Assembly (NCBI RefSeq): GCF_006345805.1
Contig: NW_021834486.1
Span: forward strand, 1-61,647
Length of the DNA stretch: 61,647 nucleotides
From: Octopus sinensis
Lineage: Eukaryota
Direction: 5' to 3'
Shown here piece by piece: positions 26,075-38,640 of the stretch (its first letter is position 1; each line of letters starts with the position of its first letter). The notes under the pieces are model-generated. The model was not told where the DNA came from. It worked only from the letters and a program-made list of their open reading frames with translations, and ran no database searches. The position numbers were made by a program, and so were the translations under genes.

Positions 26075-26565
26075 CTATAGATAGATAGCTATAGATAGAC
26101 AGATAGATAGACATAGATAGATAGACATAGATAGATAGACATAGATAGATAGACATAGATAGATAGACATAGATAGATAGACATAGATAGATAGACATAG
26201 ATAGATAGACATAGATAGACATAGATAGACAGATAGATAGACATAGATAGATAGCTATATATGGACAGATAGATAGACATAGATAGATAGCTATAGATGG
26301 ACAGATAGATAGACATAGATAGATAGACATAGATAGATAGCTATAGATAGACAGATAGATAGACATAGATAGATAGCTATAGATGGACAGATAGATAGAC
26401 ATAGATAGATAGCTATAGATAGACAGATAGATAGACATAGGTAGATAGCTATAGATAGACAGATAGATAGACAGATAGCTATAGATAGATAGCTATAGAT
26501 AGATAGCTATAGATAGATAGCTATAGATAGACAGATAGATAGACGGACGGACAGACAGACAGACA
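25910..26565. repeat. (GATA)/(GACA) microsatellite
   Basis: Direct inspection. Confidence 0.95.
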
Positions 26566-26959
26566 TGCACGTACTCACGACATTTATACGGTTGGCTAGA
26601 TTTTCTTTATAGATTCATTCACGATTAATTCCGTCCTTTCTCTCACGTGTTATTGTACACACACACGCACACACACATACACACACGTATATATATATAT
26701 GATACTGTAATAAACAACTTTGTGGATATATAATTTTCCATTTTTCTCTTCGCGTCTTAAATATATATACTCGTTTTATGGCATAAAACTCAAAGAATCG
26801 AACCCAGGATGTTCAAACTGAGTGAAAGATGTGCCACCGTTTACCTTGAACAATTTCCTGTTGGGCTTTACCATTCGATGTGGTTAGCCACGGCCTGGAT
26901 TATACTGCAGTGCCCAGATTTAATACCCCTATCCCTTCACAATATGTCTGTATGTATGT

Positions 26960-27935
26960 AAACCTAAAAAAAGGTTTAAGGACGGCGTAAGGATTACTTC
27001 TATATTTGCTGCGAGTATACTCTGCGATGACATCTCTCACGCCGGACTTCTTTCTGATGATCTCGCTATTGATGTGCTCTCTCAACGAGATACCAAGCAT
27101 TGACCTTTCCATGGCTCTTTGAGCCGTTACCAGTCTTTGCTCTTCTCTCTTTGTGGTAGCCCATGTTTCACTACCATATACAGCAAGTATAGGTGGGCTG
27201 GACACGTCGCCCGGCTCACCGATAATCGGTGGACGCACGCAGTTGTCGAGTGGTACCCGCGTGAACGGAAGAGACCACCCGGAAGACCTCCACGACGGTG
27301 GAGTTACGATTTCAGGAGGACGATTGGGATCACGTGGATGAGAAAGGCGCGATCCAGAGAGGAGTGGACAGCGTGCTGTGACCAGCGGTGTCAAATGGAC
27401 GCCTGACGAACTGGTTGGTCAAAGTGATCAGTGATAAGGATTACTATGAAGTCACTTGGAATGGATCCGGAAGGCATAGAAACCCTTGCTTTGGATAGAG
27501 TTGGATGGCGAACAAAGGTGTGGATTGGAGTGAAAGCATTTGAAGAGGCCAGGATAATGGATGTAAGATCCAAAAGAGATCTAAGGAAGAATGTTACGAT
27601 CGAGAAGGTGAATGGTAATGACCTTTTTGTGTCCACAGTCTGTGACTGAACTGACCATGCCTGTCTTTTGCTGGCCTTATATCTCACCTGTGAATGCATG
27701 GGAAACGAACCTCCACCAGCTATTCTGCCTATATGTCTGTGCACACCTTTCAATGCAGTGTATGCCAGAAGGTTTGCAAATCCAACAGAGGCCTCAAAAT
27801 ACATTCTAAGATCCACAAAGATCAGAACTTAACTGCAGCTCTTGATGGTCCAAATCAGATATGCGATCTACGTGGGTGTCTTTTCAGAACATTGTCTGGT
27901 TTAAAAAGCTACATCAGATGCATAAGGAGTAGAAA
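26960..27935 (+). mobile_element. 5'-truncated RTE (BovB-like) LINE with C-terminal C2H2 fingers, split by a nested insertion
   Basis: KPKKRFKDGVRIT|MKSLGMDPEGIETLALDRVGWR...; FQCSVCQKVCKSNRGLKIHSKIH. Confidence 0.8.
26999..27434 (+). mobile_element. RTE-clade LINE 3' fragment with 5' inversion
   Basis: Minus part YGSETW...RAMERSMLG...EYTRSKY; plus part SKYRWAGHVAR..RPPGRPPRRW; TSD TAAGGATTACT (26988-26998 / 27435-27445). Confidence 0.9.
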
Positions 27936-28323
27936 ACCACCATGTATGTATGTATGTATGTGTAAATTTAATTATATATACATTATTTCATGATACTTCT
28001 CGGTACGTTTGCATATACAATGTAAAAGGGGAATATATGAAGTCGAATAATTAATAGAGAAATAAGTGTTTATAGAGGTGAATGCAAATATACAAATATA
28101 CATATACAGTATTCTATATATAATCTTTAAGAGTACGTGTGTTTGAAAAGGTTAAACAAAAGCGCACACAAACTAGAATAAAATTTCATCCCCCAAAAAG
28201 GTTAGTGACATCCTAACAAAAGATTTCATAAAATTTGTTGAAAATTTTCTGTTTTTAAACCACCTTATCTTTACACTTCAAAACTGTATCAAGTAATCCT
28301 CAAAAACTTTCATATATATATAT

Positions 28324-28850
28324 ATGAGACCCATATTGGAGTACGGGATTCAAGCCTCTTCTCCTTATCTCCTCAAAGACATACATAATCTCGAAAGATT
28401 CCAGAAGCTGGCTACCCGCATGGTTCTTGGTCTCAAGCATTTGTCTTATGAAGAAAGGCTGAAGACGCTTGACCTTTATTCTCTAGAAAAACGACGACGC
28501 CATGGTGATCTCATTCTTGCTCACAACATCATAAGCGGAAAGTGTAACCTCTCGAAAGAGCTGTTCTTCAATCCTGCTCCAGAGCGTCGGCTGCGGGGTC
28601 ACTCCGAAAAGCTCTATCTGCGACGATTTCATCTCAACCGAAGGAGAGAGGCTTTCTCCGTCCGGATTGCAGATCCGTGGAATAAGCTGCCGGACGAGAT
28701 AGTGAAGATGCCGACAACCGCTCGGTTCAAAGTCTCTCTTGACCAGAAATGGCCTGAACTCTTTGCATGAACACCCTCCCTGTACATAACTCCATGTCCC
28801 CCTACATGGCCTTGCTTTTTGCTTTTTAAGCCAAAAAATTAACTTAACTT
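28324..28850 (+). mobile_element. CR1-type LINE 3' end (ORF2 C-terminus + 3' UTR)
   Basis: RPILEY...LERFQKLATRMV.GLKHLSYEERLKTLDLYSLEKRR.HGDLI...LRGH..KL...FSVR..DPWNKLP. Confidence 0.92.
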
Positions 28851-28928
28851 ATATAGTATTCAAATTAAAATTCAGAAAATGTAGATGTAGCATTAACATA
28901 ATTTATTAACTGCAAAAAATCAACTTGT

Positions 28929-29013
28929 TCTTTTACAGCTGTTTCGATTTTACCCAAAGGATTAAATTCCAATAATTAAAACATTGGGGGTGGGGGGAAT
29001 CTCGTCAGAGGAG
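28929..29013 (-). ncRNA. Hammerhead motif, long stem II, eroded stem I
   Basis: CTGACGA-GATT...AATC-GAAAC AGCT GTA. Confidence 0.7.
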
Positions 29014-29387
29014 TAGAAAAGACATACCGTTAGATTATTAGATGCTATTCTTCCAAATCATAACAAATCAATAATTCATTGGATATTATTTTTTTAATCT
29101 CTTAATGAGGCTATTTAAACCTCTATTTAAACATATATTGATGACAATTAGAAAAAGTTATATATATTGAATAGATTTATGATTTACCAATGAGGAAAAG
29201 GAATGAAATAATGTGATCATTAGAATTTATGGACATAAAAGAACATTGGTTGACCAATAGAAGAAAATAGACAGAAGGACTGCAAAGCAATATCGAATAA
29301 TTTTGAGAGTAAATATAAGACGGAACAAACACATGAACTTCAAATGTTTAAGTATTACAAAAAGAGCATATACATATATCCGCATAG

Positions 29388-29440
<53 letters not shown>

Positions 29441-29921
29441 TCAAATCGATATAGCATATATATATATATATATTACGGAGATGTACTTGCATAGCAAGTG
29501 ACCTGATCTGAGATCGTTTCCTGAAACAAAAACAATTGCAGCGTGGAAGGCGTTTATAAGCCACAAGATTTCATATAAAAATTCTCACAAATCAAGGTAA
29601 AAATGTGTATATACATACATAATCATCACGCGCACACACACACACACATTATATATATATATATATATAGCCCAACAATTGCTGCCTCGGTCAGGGTTAA
29701 GATACAGGACTCTTGACATGTTCAACAAAGCGTGACGCCTAAACCAATCAGCTCAACCAACCAATCAGCTTAAGTAATTGAGTGATACTACACACTGATT
29801 GGTCAGAATACAGTTTGCAAAACCTAGCAATCTGGAGCCTACACAGCTGTATTTAAGGCACAGATTCAATCATCTCGCTACAGTCAATAATTGTGAAGCA
29901 TGACTGTCACCACTACTACAC

Positions 29922-29964
29922 GAACCTGAAGATTGCAGAATTTAATACATGAAAGTACTAGTTC
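29922..29964 (+). ncRNA. Minimal hammerhead motif with CUA triplet
   Basis: GAAC-CTGAAGA-(weak stem II)-GAAAG TA CTA-GTTC. Confidence 0.7.
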
Positions 29965-30078
29965 AATCAGAATGAACATTTAACATTCTATTATTTTATT
30001 TTATTTTATTATATATATTATATTATATCATATCATAAGATTGTAAATAAAATGTGAAAATCAGACAAGTTGGAATTC

Positions 30079-30130
<52 letters not shown>

Positions 30131-30131
30131 A

Positions 30132-30740
30132 TACAGGGTTCGATGAGTAAACTGTCGCAATTTTATATTCATAATTTCGAGCATGCGCGTTGTTTGTTTT
30201 TGATTTTGTCGACTACACAGTATCGTAGGGTCAGTTGGGCACGGTCTTGAGAAAAACAGCATCATACTGCAGTTCAGTATTTCTCGGTCGTCGGCAGCGG
30301 TATGGAGCACGAGTGCGGCTTGTCGCATGCCACACAAGCAGAAGAATCCAGTCATGGCTGTCAGACAATTTCTGCGACCACATCACCCCTAACATCTAGC
30401 CACCTAACTCCCCAGGCTGCAACCCCTTGGTTATTGTGAGGGGGGGGGCGCAATTAAGCGAGAGATTCACAAAACTCCTTGTAACACCAAAGATGAACAG
30501 AAGGGAAGGATTATGGCAGCATTCACCAACTTAAACAAGGAGATCGTCCTGAAGAGTTGTAGGAGATTCCAAAATCATCTGGAGGTCGTGATTGAAGCCA
30601 ATGGTGATTTTATTGAATAAATTTACTCTTTAGTATTTCAAGATATTTTTATATAATTTTGCTAAATACATCTGTTAAAATGAGATGTCAGGGTTATTTT
30701 CATTTTTGCATAATTTAGACAACAGTTTATTCACCGCACC

Positions 30741-30744
<4 letters not shown>
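30132..30744 (+). mobile_element. Internally deleted Tc1/mariner element
   Basis: Imperfect TIRs CAGGGTTCGATGAGTAAACTGT / ACAGTTTATTCACCGCACCCCA in TA context; relic PPNSPGCNPLGY...SCRRFQNHLEVVIEANGDFIE*. Confidence 0.8.
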
Positions 30745-30779
<35 letters not shown>

Positions 30780-31444
30780 TAAATTAAATTAGAGATAAAA
30801 CCACTATTAGGCAAATCAAACTTAAACCAAAACATAAAAATAAACAATTAATATAATATAAAAAATTTAAATTATTAAAATTTTTTACATTAATAAATTT
30901 TTATATTTTTTTATACATTTTTCAAATCTTAAATTTATAAATTTTTTAACTTTTAATTTTTTTTTTAACTATAAAAAGTATTAAAAAGTTTAATATAAAA
31001 TAATAAGTATATATACATTACATATATATATATATATATATATGCGTGTGGTGTGTGGGCGCTTCTTGAAACTAACAAACATAAAAGGGCACCTACCCTT
31101 GATGGTAAATGTAATCGGAGACCTTCTAGGATTTCCTGGTGGTAGCCATGTGGCTGTCTCTTGCATGTGGCATTCCATTTCATTCCTGTATTATTCTGTT
31201 ATTCTGTGCATGTTTTTTTTTTTTTTTTTTCATCAGATAGGCGAATGGATGAAGTAGACAAACGTCGTTTTTATGTTAAGCTGTCCTCCCAATGATGTCC
31301 CCTCACATCTCGAATCTGAAGCGAAAAAGAAATAAAGAAAATAAAGAAATAAAGAAAATAACAAAAGCAAAAGTATAAAGCAAGAAACAGTCATCATCAT
31401 CATCGTCGTCATCGCCACCGCCGCCGCCACCACCATCATCATCA

Positions 31445-31660
31445 TCAAGACGGTGATCTGGTAGGGTCGTTAACAAGCCGCGCAAAATACTCAGCGGTAT
31501 TTCGCCCCTCAATACGCTCCAAGTTAAAATTCCGCCAAGGTCGACTTTGCCATTCATCTTATCTGGGTCGATAAATTAAGTACCAGTCAAACGTTGGGGT
31601 CGATGTAATCGACTTAACTCTTCCCCCAAAATTTCAGGCCTTGTGCCTATAGTAGGAAGG
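31445..31660 (+). mobile_element. Diverged SINE family B
   Basis: Family consensus match. Confidence 0.8.
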
Positions 31661-31671
31661 GTTACTATTAT

Positions 31672-32467
31672 CATTGAGTGAGAGAGCAGTGCATACCTAT
31701 TTCTTTATTACCCACAAGGGGCTAAATACAGAGGGGACAAACAAGGACAGACATAGGTATTAAGTCGATTACATCGACCCCTGTGCGTAACTGGTACTTA
31801 ATTTATCGACCCCGAAAGGATGAAAGGCAAAGACGACCTCGGCGGAATTTGAACTCACAACGTAACGGCAGACGAAAAACCGCTAAGCATTTCGCCCGAC
31901 GTGCTAACGATTGTGCCAGTTCGCCGCCCTCCCAGCAGTGCATACCATCAAAGTGACACTGGGCTAAAATATACGAAGCCCAGTATACCCATCATTACAA
32001 CCCGTCTGATAAGGGTACACTAGGCACATGCATCACAACCATATTTGCATGACATGGTGATCTCATATCAAAATTAACAGTGCATGGACTTGCAGGTGGG
32101 CCCAGTTAAAATTTTCTTCTGGTTGAGTAACCCATCCTGCTCAAATGGTCCCTGAATAAGGGTGATTTAAGGATGTTGAACGAAACACCCATGCTTCCAA
32201 AGGTGAATTATTCAAACCCCAAAGAATCTCTATGATGCTCCCCTACTACTTCTGCTCGTGATCAGAGATGCACCTATCATCAGCCACTAACGGACATGCT
32301 CAACTGGTTAAGGTCAAACAACTGACAAGTAAATCTGTGGTATTGAGCAGAATATTTGCTGTAGCCCATCCTTTTATGCAAAGACAAAACAATGTACATG
32401 ATAACACTTCCAATCAGTTAAGATCAGAAGCCATGAGAGCCACTGCCTGGTACTGCATCAGGGCATT
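31672..32467 (+). mobile_element. Repeat family D body (probable retroposon), interrupted by SINE B
   Basis: Homologous to 41400-41575 on the minus strand; array ends in an (ATT)n tail. Confidence 0.7.
31698..31933 (-). mobile_element. SINE family B with TSD
   Basis: TSD AGCAGTGCATACC (31685-31697 / 31934-31946). Confidence 0.9.
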
Positions 32468-34818
32468 AGCAAATCTGTGGTATTGAGCAGAATATTTGCT
32501 GTAGCCCATCCTTTTATGCAAAGACAAAACAATGTACATGATAACACTTCCAATCAGTTAAGATCAGAAGCCATGAGAGCCACTGCCTGGTACTGCATCA
32601 GGGCATTAGCAAATCTGTGGTATTGAGCAGAATATTTGCTGAAGACCTCTTTTACACCAAGACAAAACAATGTACATGATAACACCTCCAATCAGTTAAG
32701 ATCAGAAGCCATGAGAGCCACTGCCTGGTACTGCATCAGGGCATTAGCAAATCTGTGGTATTGAGTAGAATATTTGCTGAAGACCATCTTTTACACCAAG
32801 ACAAAACAATGTACATGATAACACCTCCAATCAGTTAAGATCAGAAGCCATGAGAGCCACTGCCTGGTACTGCATCAGGGCATTAGCAAATCTGTGGTAT
32901 TGAGCAGAATATTTGCTGTAGCCCATCCTTTTATGCAAAGACAAAACAATGTACATGATAACACTTCCAATCAGTTAAGATCAGAAGCCATGAGAGCCAC
33001 TGCCTGGTACTGCATCAGGGCATTAGCAAATCTGTGGTATTGAGCAGAATATTTGCTGAAGACCATCTTTTACACCAAGACAAAACAATGTACATGATAA
33101 CACCTCCAATTAGTTAAGATCAGAAGCCATGAGAGCCACTGCCTGGTACTGCATCAGGGCATTAGCAAATCTGTGGTATTGAGTAGAATATTTGCTGAAG
33201 ACCATCTTTTACACCAAGACAAAACAATGTACATGATAACACCTCCAATCAGTTAAGATCAGAAGCCATGAGAGCCACTGCCTGGTACTGCATCAGGGCA
33301 TTAGCAAATCTGTGGTATTGAGCAGAATATTTGCTGTAGCCCATCCTTTTATGCAAAGACAAAACAATGTACATGATAACACTTCCAATCAGTTAAGATC
33401 AGAAGCCATGAGAGCCACTGCCTGGTACTGCATCAGGGCATTAGCAAATCTGTGGTATTGAGCAGAATATTTGCTGAAGACCATCTTTTACACCAAGACA
33501 AAACAATGTAATGATAACACTTCCAATCAGTTAAGATCAGAAGCCATGAGAGCCACTGCCGGTACTGCATCAGGGCATTAGCAAATCTGTGGTATTGAGC
33601 AGAATATTTGCTGAAGACCATCTTTTACACAAGACAAAACAATGTACATGATAACACCTCCAATCAGTTAAGATCAGAAGCCATGAGAGCCACTGCCTGG
33701 TACTGCATCAGGGCATTAGCAAATCTGTGGTATTGAGTAGAATATTTGCTGAAGACCATCTTTTACACCAAGACAAAACAATGTACATGATAACACCTCC
33801 AATCAGTTAGATCAGAAGCCATGAGAGCCACTGCCTGGTACTGCATCAGGGCATTAGCAATCTGTGGTATTGAGCAGAATATTTGCTGTAGCCCATCCTT
33901 TTATGCAAAGACAAAACAATGTACATGATAACACTTCCAATCAGTTAAGATCAGAAGCCATGAGAGCCACTGCCTGGTACTGCATCAGGGCATTAGCAAA
34001 TCTGTGGTATGAGCAGAATATTTCTGAAGACATCTTTTACACCAAGACAAAACAATGTACATGATAACACTTCCAATCAGTTAAGATCAGAAGCCATGAG
34101 AGCCACTGCCTGGTACTGCATCAGGGCATTAGCAAATCTGTGGTATTGAGTAGAATATTTGCTGAAGACATCTTTTACACCAAGACAAAACAATGTACAT
34201 GATAACACCTCAATCAGTTAAGATCAGAAGCCATGAGAGCCACTGCCTGGTACTGCATCAGGGCATTAGCAAATCTGTGGTATTGAGCAGAATATTTGCT
34301 GTAGCCCATCCTTTTATGCAAAGACAAAACAATGTACATGATAACACTTCAATCAGTTAAGATCAGAAGCCATGAGAGCCACTGCCGGTACTGCATCAGG
34401 GCATTAGCAAATCTGTGGTATTGAGCAGAATATTTGCTGAAGACCATCTTTTACACCAAGACAAAACAATGTACATGATACACTCCAATCAGTTAAGATC
34501 AGAAGCCATGAGAGCCACTGCCTGGTACTGCATCAGGGCATTAGCAAATCTGTGGTATTGAGCAGAATATTTGCTGTAGCCCATCCTTTTATGCAAAGAC
34601 AAAACAATGTACATGATAACACCTCCAATCAGTTAGATCAGAAGCCATGAGAGCCACTGCCTGGTACTGCATCAGGGCATTAGCAAATCTGTGGTATGAG
34701 CAGAATATTTGCTGAAGACCATCTTTTACACCAAGACAAAACAATGTACATGATAACACCTCAATCAGTTAAGATCAGAAGCCACGAGAGCCACTGCCTG
34801 GTACTGCATCAGGGCATT
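32328..34818 (+). repeat. Tandem array of 18 x ~139-bp family D 3' ends
   Basis: Unit AGCAAATCTGTGG...GCATCAGGGCATT. Confidence 0.95.
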
Positions 34819-34849
34819 CATTATTATTATTATTATTATTGTTGTTGCT

Positions 34850-35620
34850 ATTAAGACGGTGAGCTGGTAACACGCCGGGCAAAATGCTTAGCGGTATTCC
34901 GCCCGTCGATACATTCCAAATTCAAATTCCGCCAAGGTCGATTTTGCCTTTCATCTTCTAGGGGTCGATAAATTAAGTACCACTGAAACATTGGGGTCGA
35001 TGTAATCGACATTTCCCCTCCTCCCAAATGGCTATCTCCTGGCAAAATTTGAAACCATTATTATTATTATTAATTATTATTATATTAAGATGGCGAGCTT
35101 GCAGAATTGGAATGATGCTTAGCGGCATTTCTTCAGTTTGTACTTTCTGAGTTCAAATTCCACCGAGGTCGATTTTGCCTTTCATCCTTTCGCGGTCGAT
35201 AAATTAAGTACCAGTTACACACTGGGGTCGATGTAATCGACTTAATCCGTTTGCCTGTCCTTGTTTGTCCCTCTTGTGTTTAGCCCCTTGTGGGTAGTAA
35301 AGAAATAGGTATTTCGTCAGTCTTTACGTTCTGAGTTCAAATTCCGCCGAGGTCGACTTTGCCTTTCATCCTTCCGCGGGGTCGATAAATCAGCTACGAG
35401 TGAAATACTGGGGTCGATATAATCGAGTTAATCTCCTCCCCCAAAATTTCAGCCCTTGTGCCTTATCGTAGAAAGAGTTAATAAGACGACGGACTGGAAG
35501 AGTTACAACATCAAGAAAAAGCTCAGCGGCGTTTCTTAAGGTATTGTGTTGTGAGTTCAAATTCCGCCTAAGTCGATTTGCCTCTTATCCTTTCGGGGGT
35601 CGATGAAATAAGTACCAGAC
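34850..35620 (+). mobile_element. Cluster of SINE family B copies
   Basis: About four GTTCAAATTCC..GGTCGA..GCCTTTCATC blocks. Confidence 0.85.
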
Positions 35621-35840
35621 ACTACTGAGAAAAGCTCCTTAGTGTTAATGTAAAGCTGTTCTCAGAAATAGGCAAGGGAGAGAACTCGCGTAATTTTAGT
35701 AAAAAAAAAACAAAAAAAAATAAAAAGCAATTAGCGATATGCAATGGAGTGAGAGGCACAGTGACATTTTGATCTCTGGTAGCCATGGTGGTCAGCTCGG
35801 ACATGTTTCATTCCTTTTTGAGGTCTCTTTAGTGAAATAC
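35620..35840 (-). mobile_element. Hammerhead-bearing module, degenerate inverted copy of 36860-37080
   Basis: Minus strand: CTAAAGA GACCT CAAAA AGGAAT GAAAC AT GTC CGAGCTG, plus ~170 bp of downstream homology. Confidence 0.75.
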
Positions 35841-35989
35841 AACTTCAAAGACTTTGCCTTTTATCATTTCGGGGTCGATAAAATAAGTACAAACATTGGG
35901 ATCGATATAATCAACTAGCATCCGCTTTGTGTTTGGAGCAGAAAGAATTAATGTTATGCAGCTGTCGCAGCAACAGCAACAGCAGCAAC

Positions 35990-36830
35990 AGTGGGGACGC
36001 AATGACCCAGTGGTTAGGGCGGCGGACTCGCGGTCGGAGGATCGCGGTTTCGATTCCCAGACCGGGCGTTGTGGGGAATTACAACCGTGTTTCGTAGTCT
36101 GCTACCACAACAGCTCCTTTATAGGATCCAGTTAGCTCAAGACATCATCAGGAGGAACCACGTCCGGTTTCGGCCCCTACTCCTCTGCCGTTTTGACGTG
36201 GCGGCCCCCATCCTTTCGGAGGTGTCTTCAGCTCTGGTGTTGGGTGCATGTCTTCGTTCTTCTTTCTTCTGTTCCTTGGCCTCTTCGATGTATCGTCAGC
36301 GAGTGTCAGCCGGTGACTGACTGTCTTGTCAAATTTCTCCCTTTAAATACCTGCCGCATAGGCTCCAGCAGGCAGCCCCAGCAAGTTGTTATTGAGCGAG
36401 AACACCTAAAAGCTCCACGAGGCTCCGGCAGGGGGTGGGGGCGACCCCTGTTGTTGTCTTTTGCTCCAACTTTCTCTCACTCTTTCTTCCTGTTTCTTGA
36501 CCCCAACTTCCTACGCAACCGCTGAGCCTGGATGCGCATCCATCCATCCGTCGAAGCTCTCGGTGTCGGGGGCTGACCTGCTTTCTCTTCTGCGGGTCTT
36601 ATGGATAGCAAAGGACCACGTTTCGGACTTCTCCCACTACTTGCAAGCTCTGGGACGAAGACAGCTTCGCTCAACAAACGCAACCGCTGAGCCTGGATGC
36701 GCATCCAATCATCCGTCGATGCTCTCGGTGTCGGGGGCTGACCTGCTTTCTCTTCTGCGGGTCTTATGAATAGCAGAGGACCACGTTTCGGACTTCTCCC
36801 AAGACGAAGACCACTTCGCTCAACAAACAA
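35990..36830 (+). mobile_element. SINE family C with ~320-bp insertion and duplicated ~165-bp 3' end
   Basis: Head ~35990-36070, body resumes ~36388, repeats at ~36514 and ~36678. Confidence 0.75.
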
Positions 36831-36863
36831 ACAGCAGCAGCAGTTGTAGTGCTTGTAGCTTTA

Positions 36864-36904
36864 TTTCACTGAAGAGACCTCAAAAAGGTCGAAACATGTC
36901 CGAG
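36864..36904 (+). ncRNA. Minimal type-I hammerhead motif
   Basis: CTGAAGA-GACCT CAAAA AGGTC-GAAAC AT GTC; stem I weak. Confidence 0.8.
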
Positions 36905-37319
36905 CTGGTCAGCATAGCTAACAGAGATCAAGACATCACTGTACCTCTCACTCCCTTATATAGGGCTAGATTTTGTTTTTTCTTCCTTTTTTACGAAAAT
37001 TACGCGAATTCTCTTCTTGCTTCTTTTTATTTTTAGAACAGCTTTTCATTAAGCCTAATGCGTTTTTCTCATTAGTGTTGTAACGTCTATTAATTTAAAA
37101 TTTATTTTCGGCTCATAACCTCAAATATGGTTGCCTACACGAGTGTGTGCATGTGTGTGTGTGTGTAAGAAATGCCTGTAAACAGTTATATTGACACCGA
37201 TAGTTCACGGTGAGTATCGGGTTAATGTGTATTTAGTATTTCAAAGTCTTCTTCTTGAAACTATAGAATAATATCACACAACCCACATTTCTCTCTGTCC
37301 ATCTCTCTGGCAGTTTCTC

Positions 37320-37870
37320 TCTATCTATATATAAACATATATATATACACATATATATACACATATATATACACACAAATATATATATGTACATATAAAT
37401 ACACACAAATATATATATGTACATATAAATACACACAAATATATATATATATATACACACAAATATATACATATATATACACACAAATATATATATATAT
37501 ACACACAAATATATATATATACACACAAATATATATATATACACACAAATATATACATATATATACACACAAAATATATACATATATATACACACAAATA
37601 CATGTATACATATATATACACACAAATATATATACATATATATATACATATACATACACATATACATACATATATATATACATATACATACATATATATA
37701 TACATATATACATACATATACATATATACATACATATACATATATACATATATACATACATATATTTATAATACCCTTGTGTATACAGTGTGCGCTTATA
37801 TAGTTTCACAACCATATACATACCAACAAATACAAAAATATATAAAGATGTGCGTGTAGTATATATATAC
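37320..37870. repeat. (TA)/(CA) microsatellite
   Basis: Direct inspection. Confidence 0.95.
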
Positions 37871-38009
37871 ATGCGTGTCCGTGTGTGTGTTTGTGTGTGT
37901 TAAATCAGCTACAAAACCAGGAATGTTGTCGTGGAAGCTAAAGAAACAGCAAATCTATTACAAATCAAAATACAGCAGTTAGGTATGGAGGGTGGGGACT
38001 GATTCCTCA

Positions 38010-38275
38010 CGTGACTTATGCGCAGGAGGGAGCGCACGCGTAGAGGACCAAGCTTCGTATCGACCGTGACTGCTTGGTACAATGTCAAGCGTACCTGCCT
38101 TTCGTTATTCATGGGCAAACACGTACTATATTGGCGCAGGAGTTGCCGTGTGGTAAGTAGCTTGTTTACAAACCACATGGTTCCGGGCTCAGTCCCACTG
38201 CGTGGCACCTTGGGCAAGTGTCTTCTACTTGTGAGTGGATTGGATAGAAGGAAACTGAAAGAAGCCCGTCGTATA

Positions 38276-38335
<60 letters not shown>

Positions 38336-38640
38336 TGTGTGTGATTGTGTGTCTGCTTTGCTTGACAACCAATGCTGGTGTGTTTATGTCCCCGTTACTT
38401 AGAGGTTCGGCAAAAAGGGAACGATAGAATAAGTACTGGGCTTGCAAAAGAATAAGTCCTGGGGTCGAGTTGCTCGATTAAAGGCGGTGCTCCAGCATGG
38501 CCGCAGTCAAATGACTGAAACAAGTAAAAGAGCAAACACGCATGCGCAACAAGAATCTGGTGCAATAACGTTATTACATTTGACATGACAATGATTTCGT
38601 AGATAATTAATGGGTTGGATGAGTAGCAAAGGAGTACCAA
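38010..38640. repeat. Unclassified repeat; uninterrupted paralogue at ~39650-39850
   Basis: Shared AGAGGACCAAGCTTCGTATCGACCGTGACTGCTTGG...GAATCTGGTGCAATAACGTTA. Confidence 0.8.
38124..38531 (+). mobile_element. SINE family A with 9-bp TSD
   Basis: TSD GCAAACACG (38115-38123 / 38532-38540); empty site seen near 39760. Confidence 0.92.

Noticed and set aside
27694-27993. Host C2H2 zinc-finger gene
   Set aside because: Contiguous with the RTE ORF2 C-terminus and disrupted
32328-34818. CRISPR-like array
   Set aside because: Whole units repeat with no unique spacers and no cas genes; eukaryotic context
36770-36800. Minus-strand GAAAC GTG GTC in the SINE C tail
   Set aside because: No CUGANGA partner
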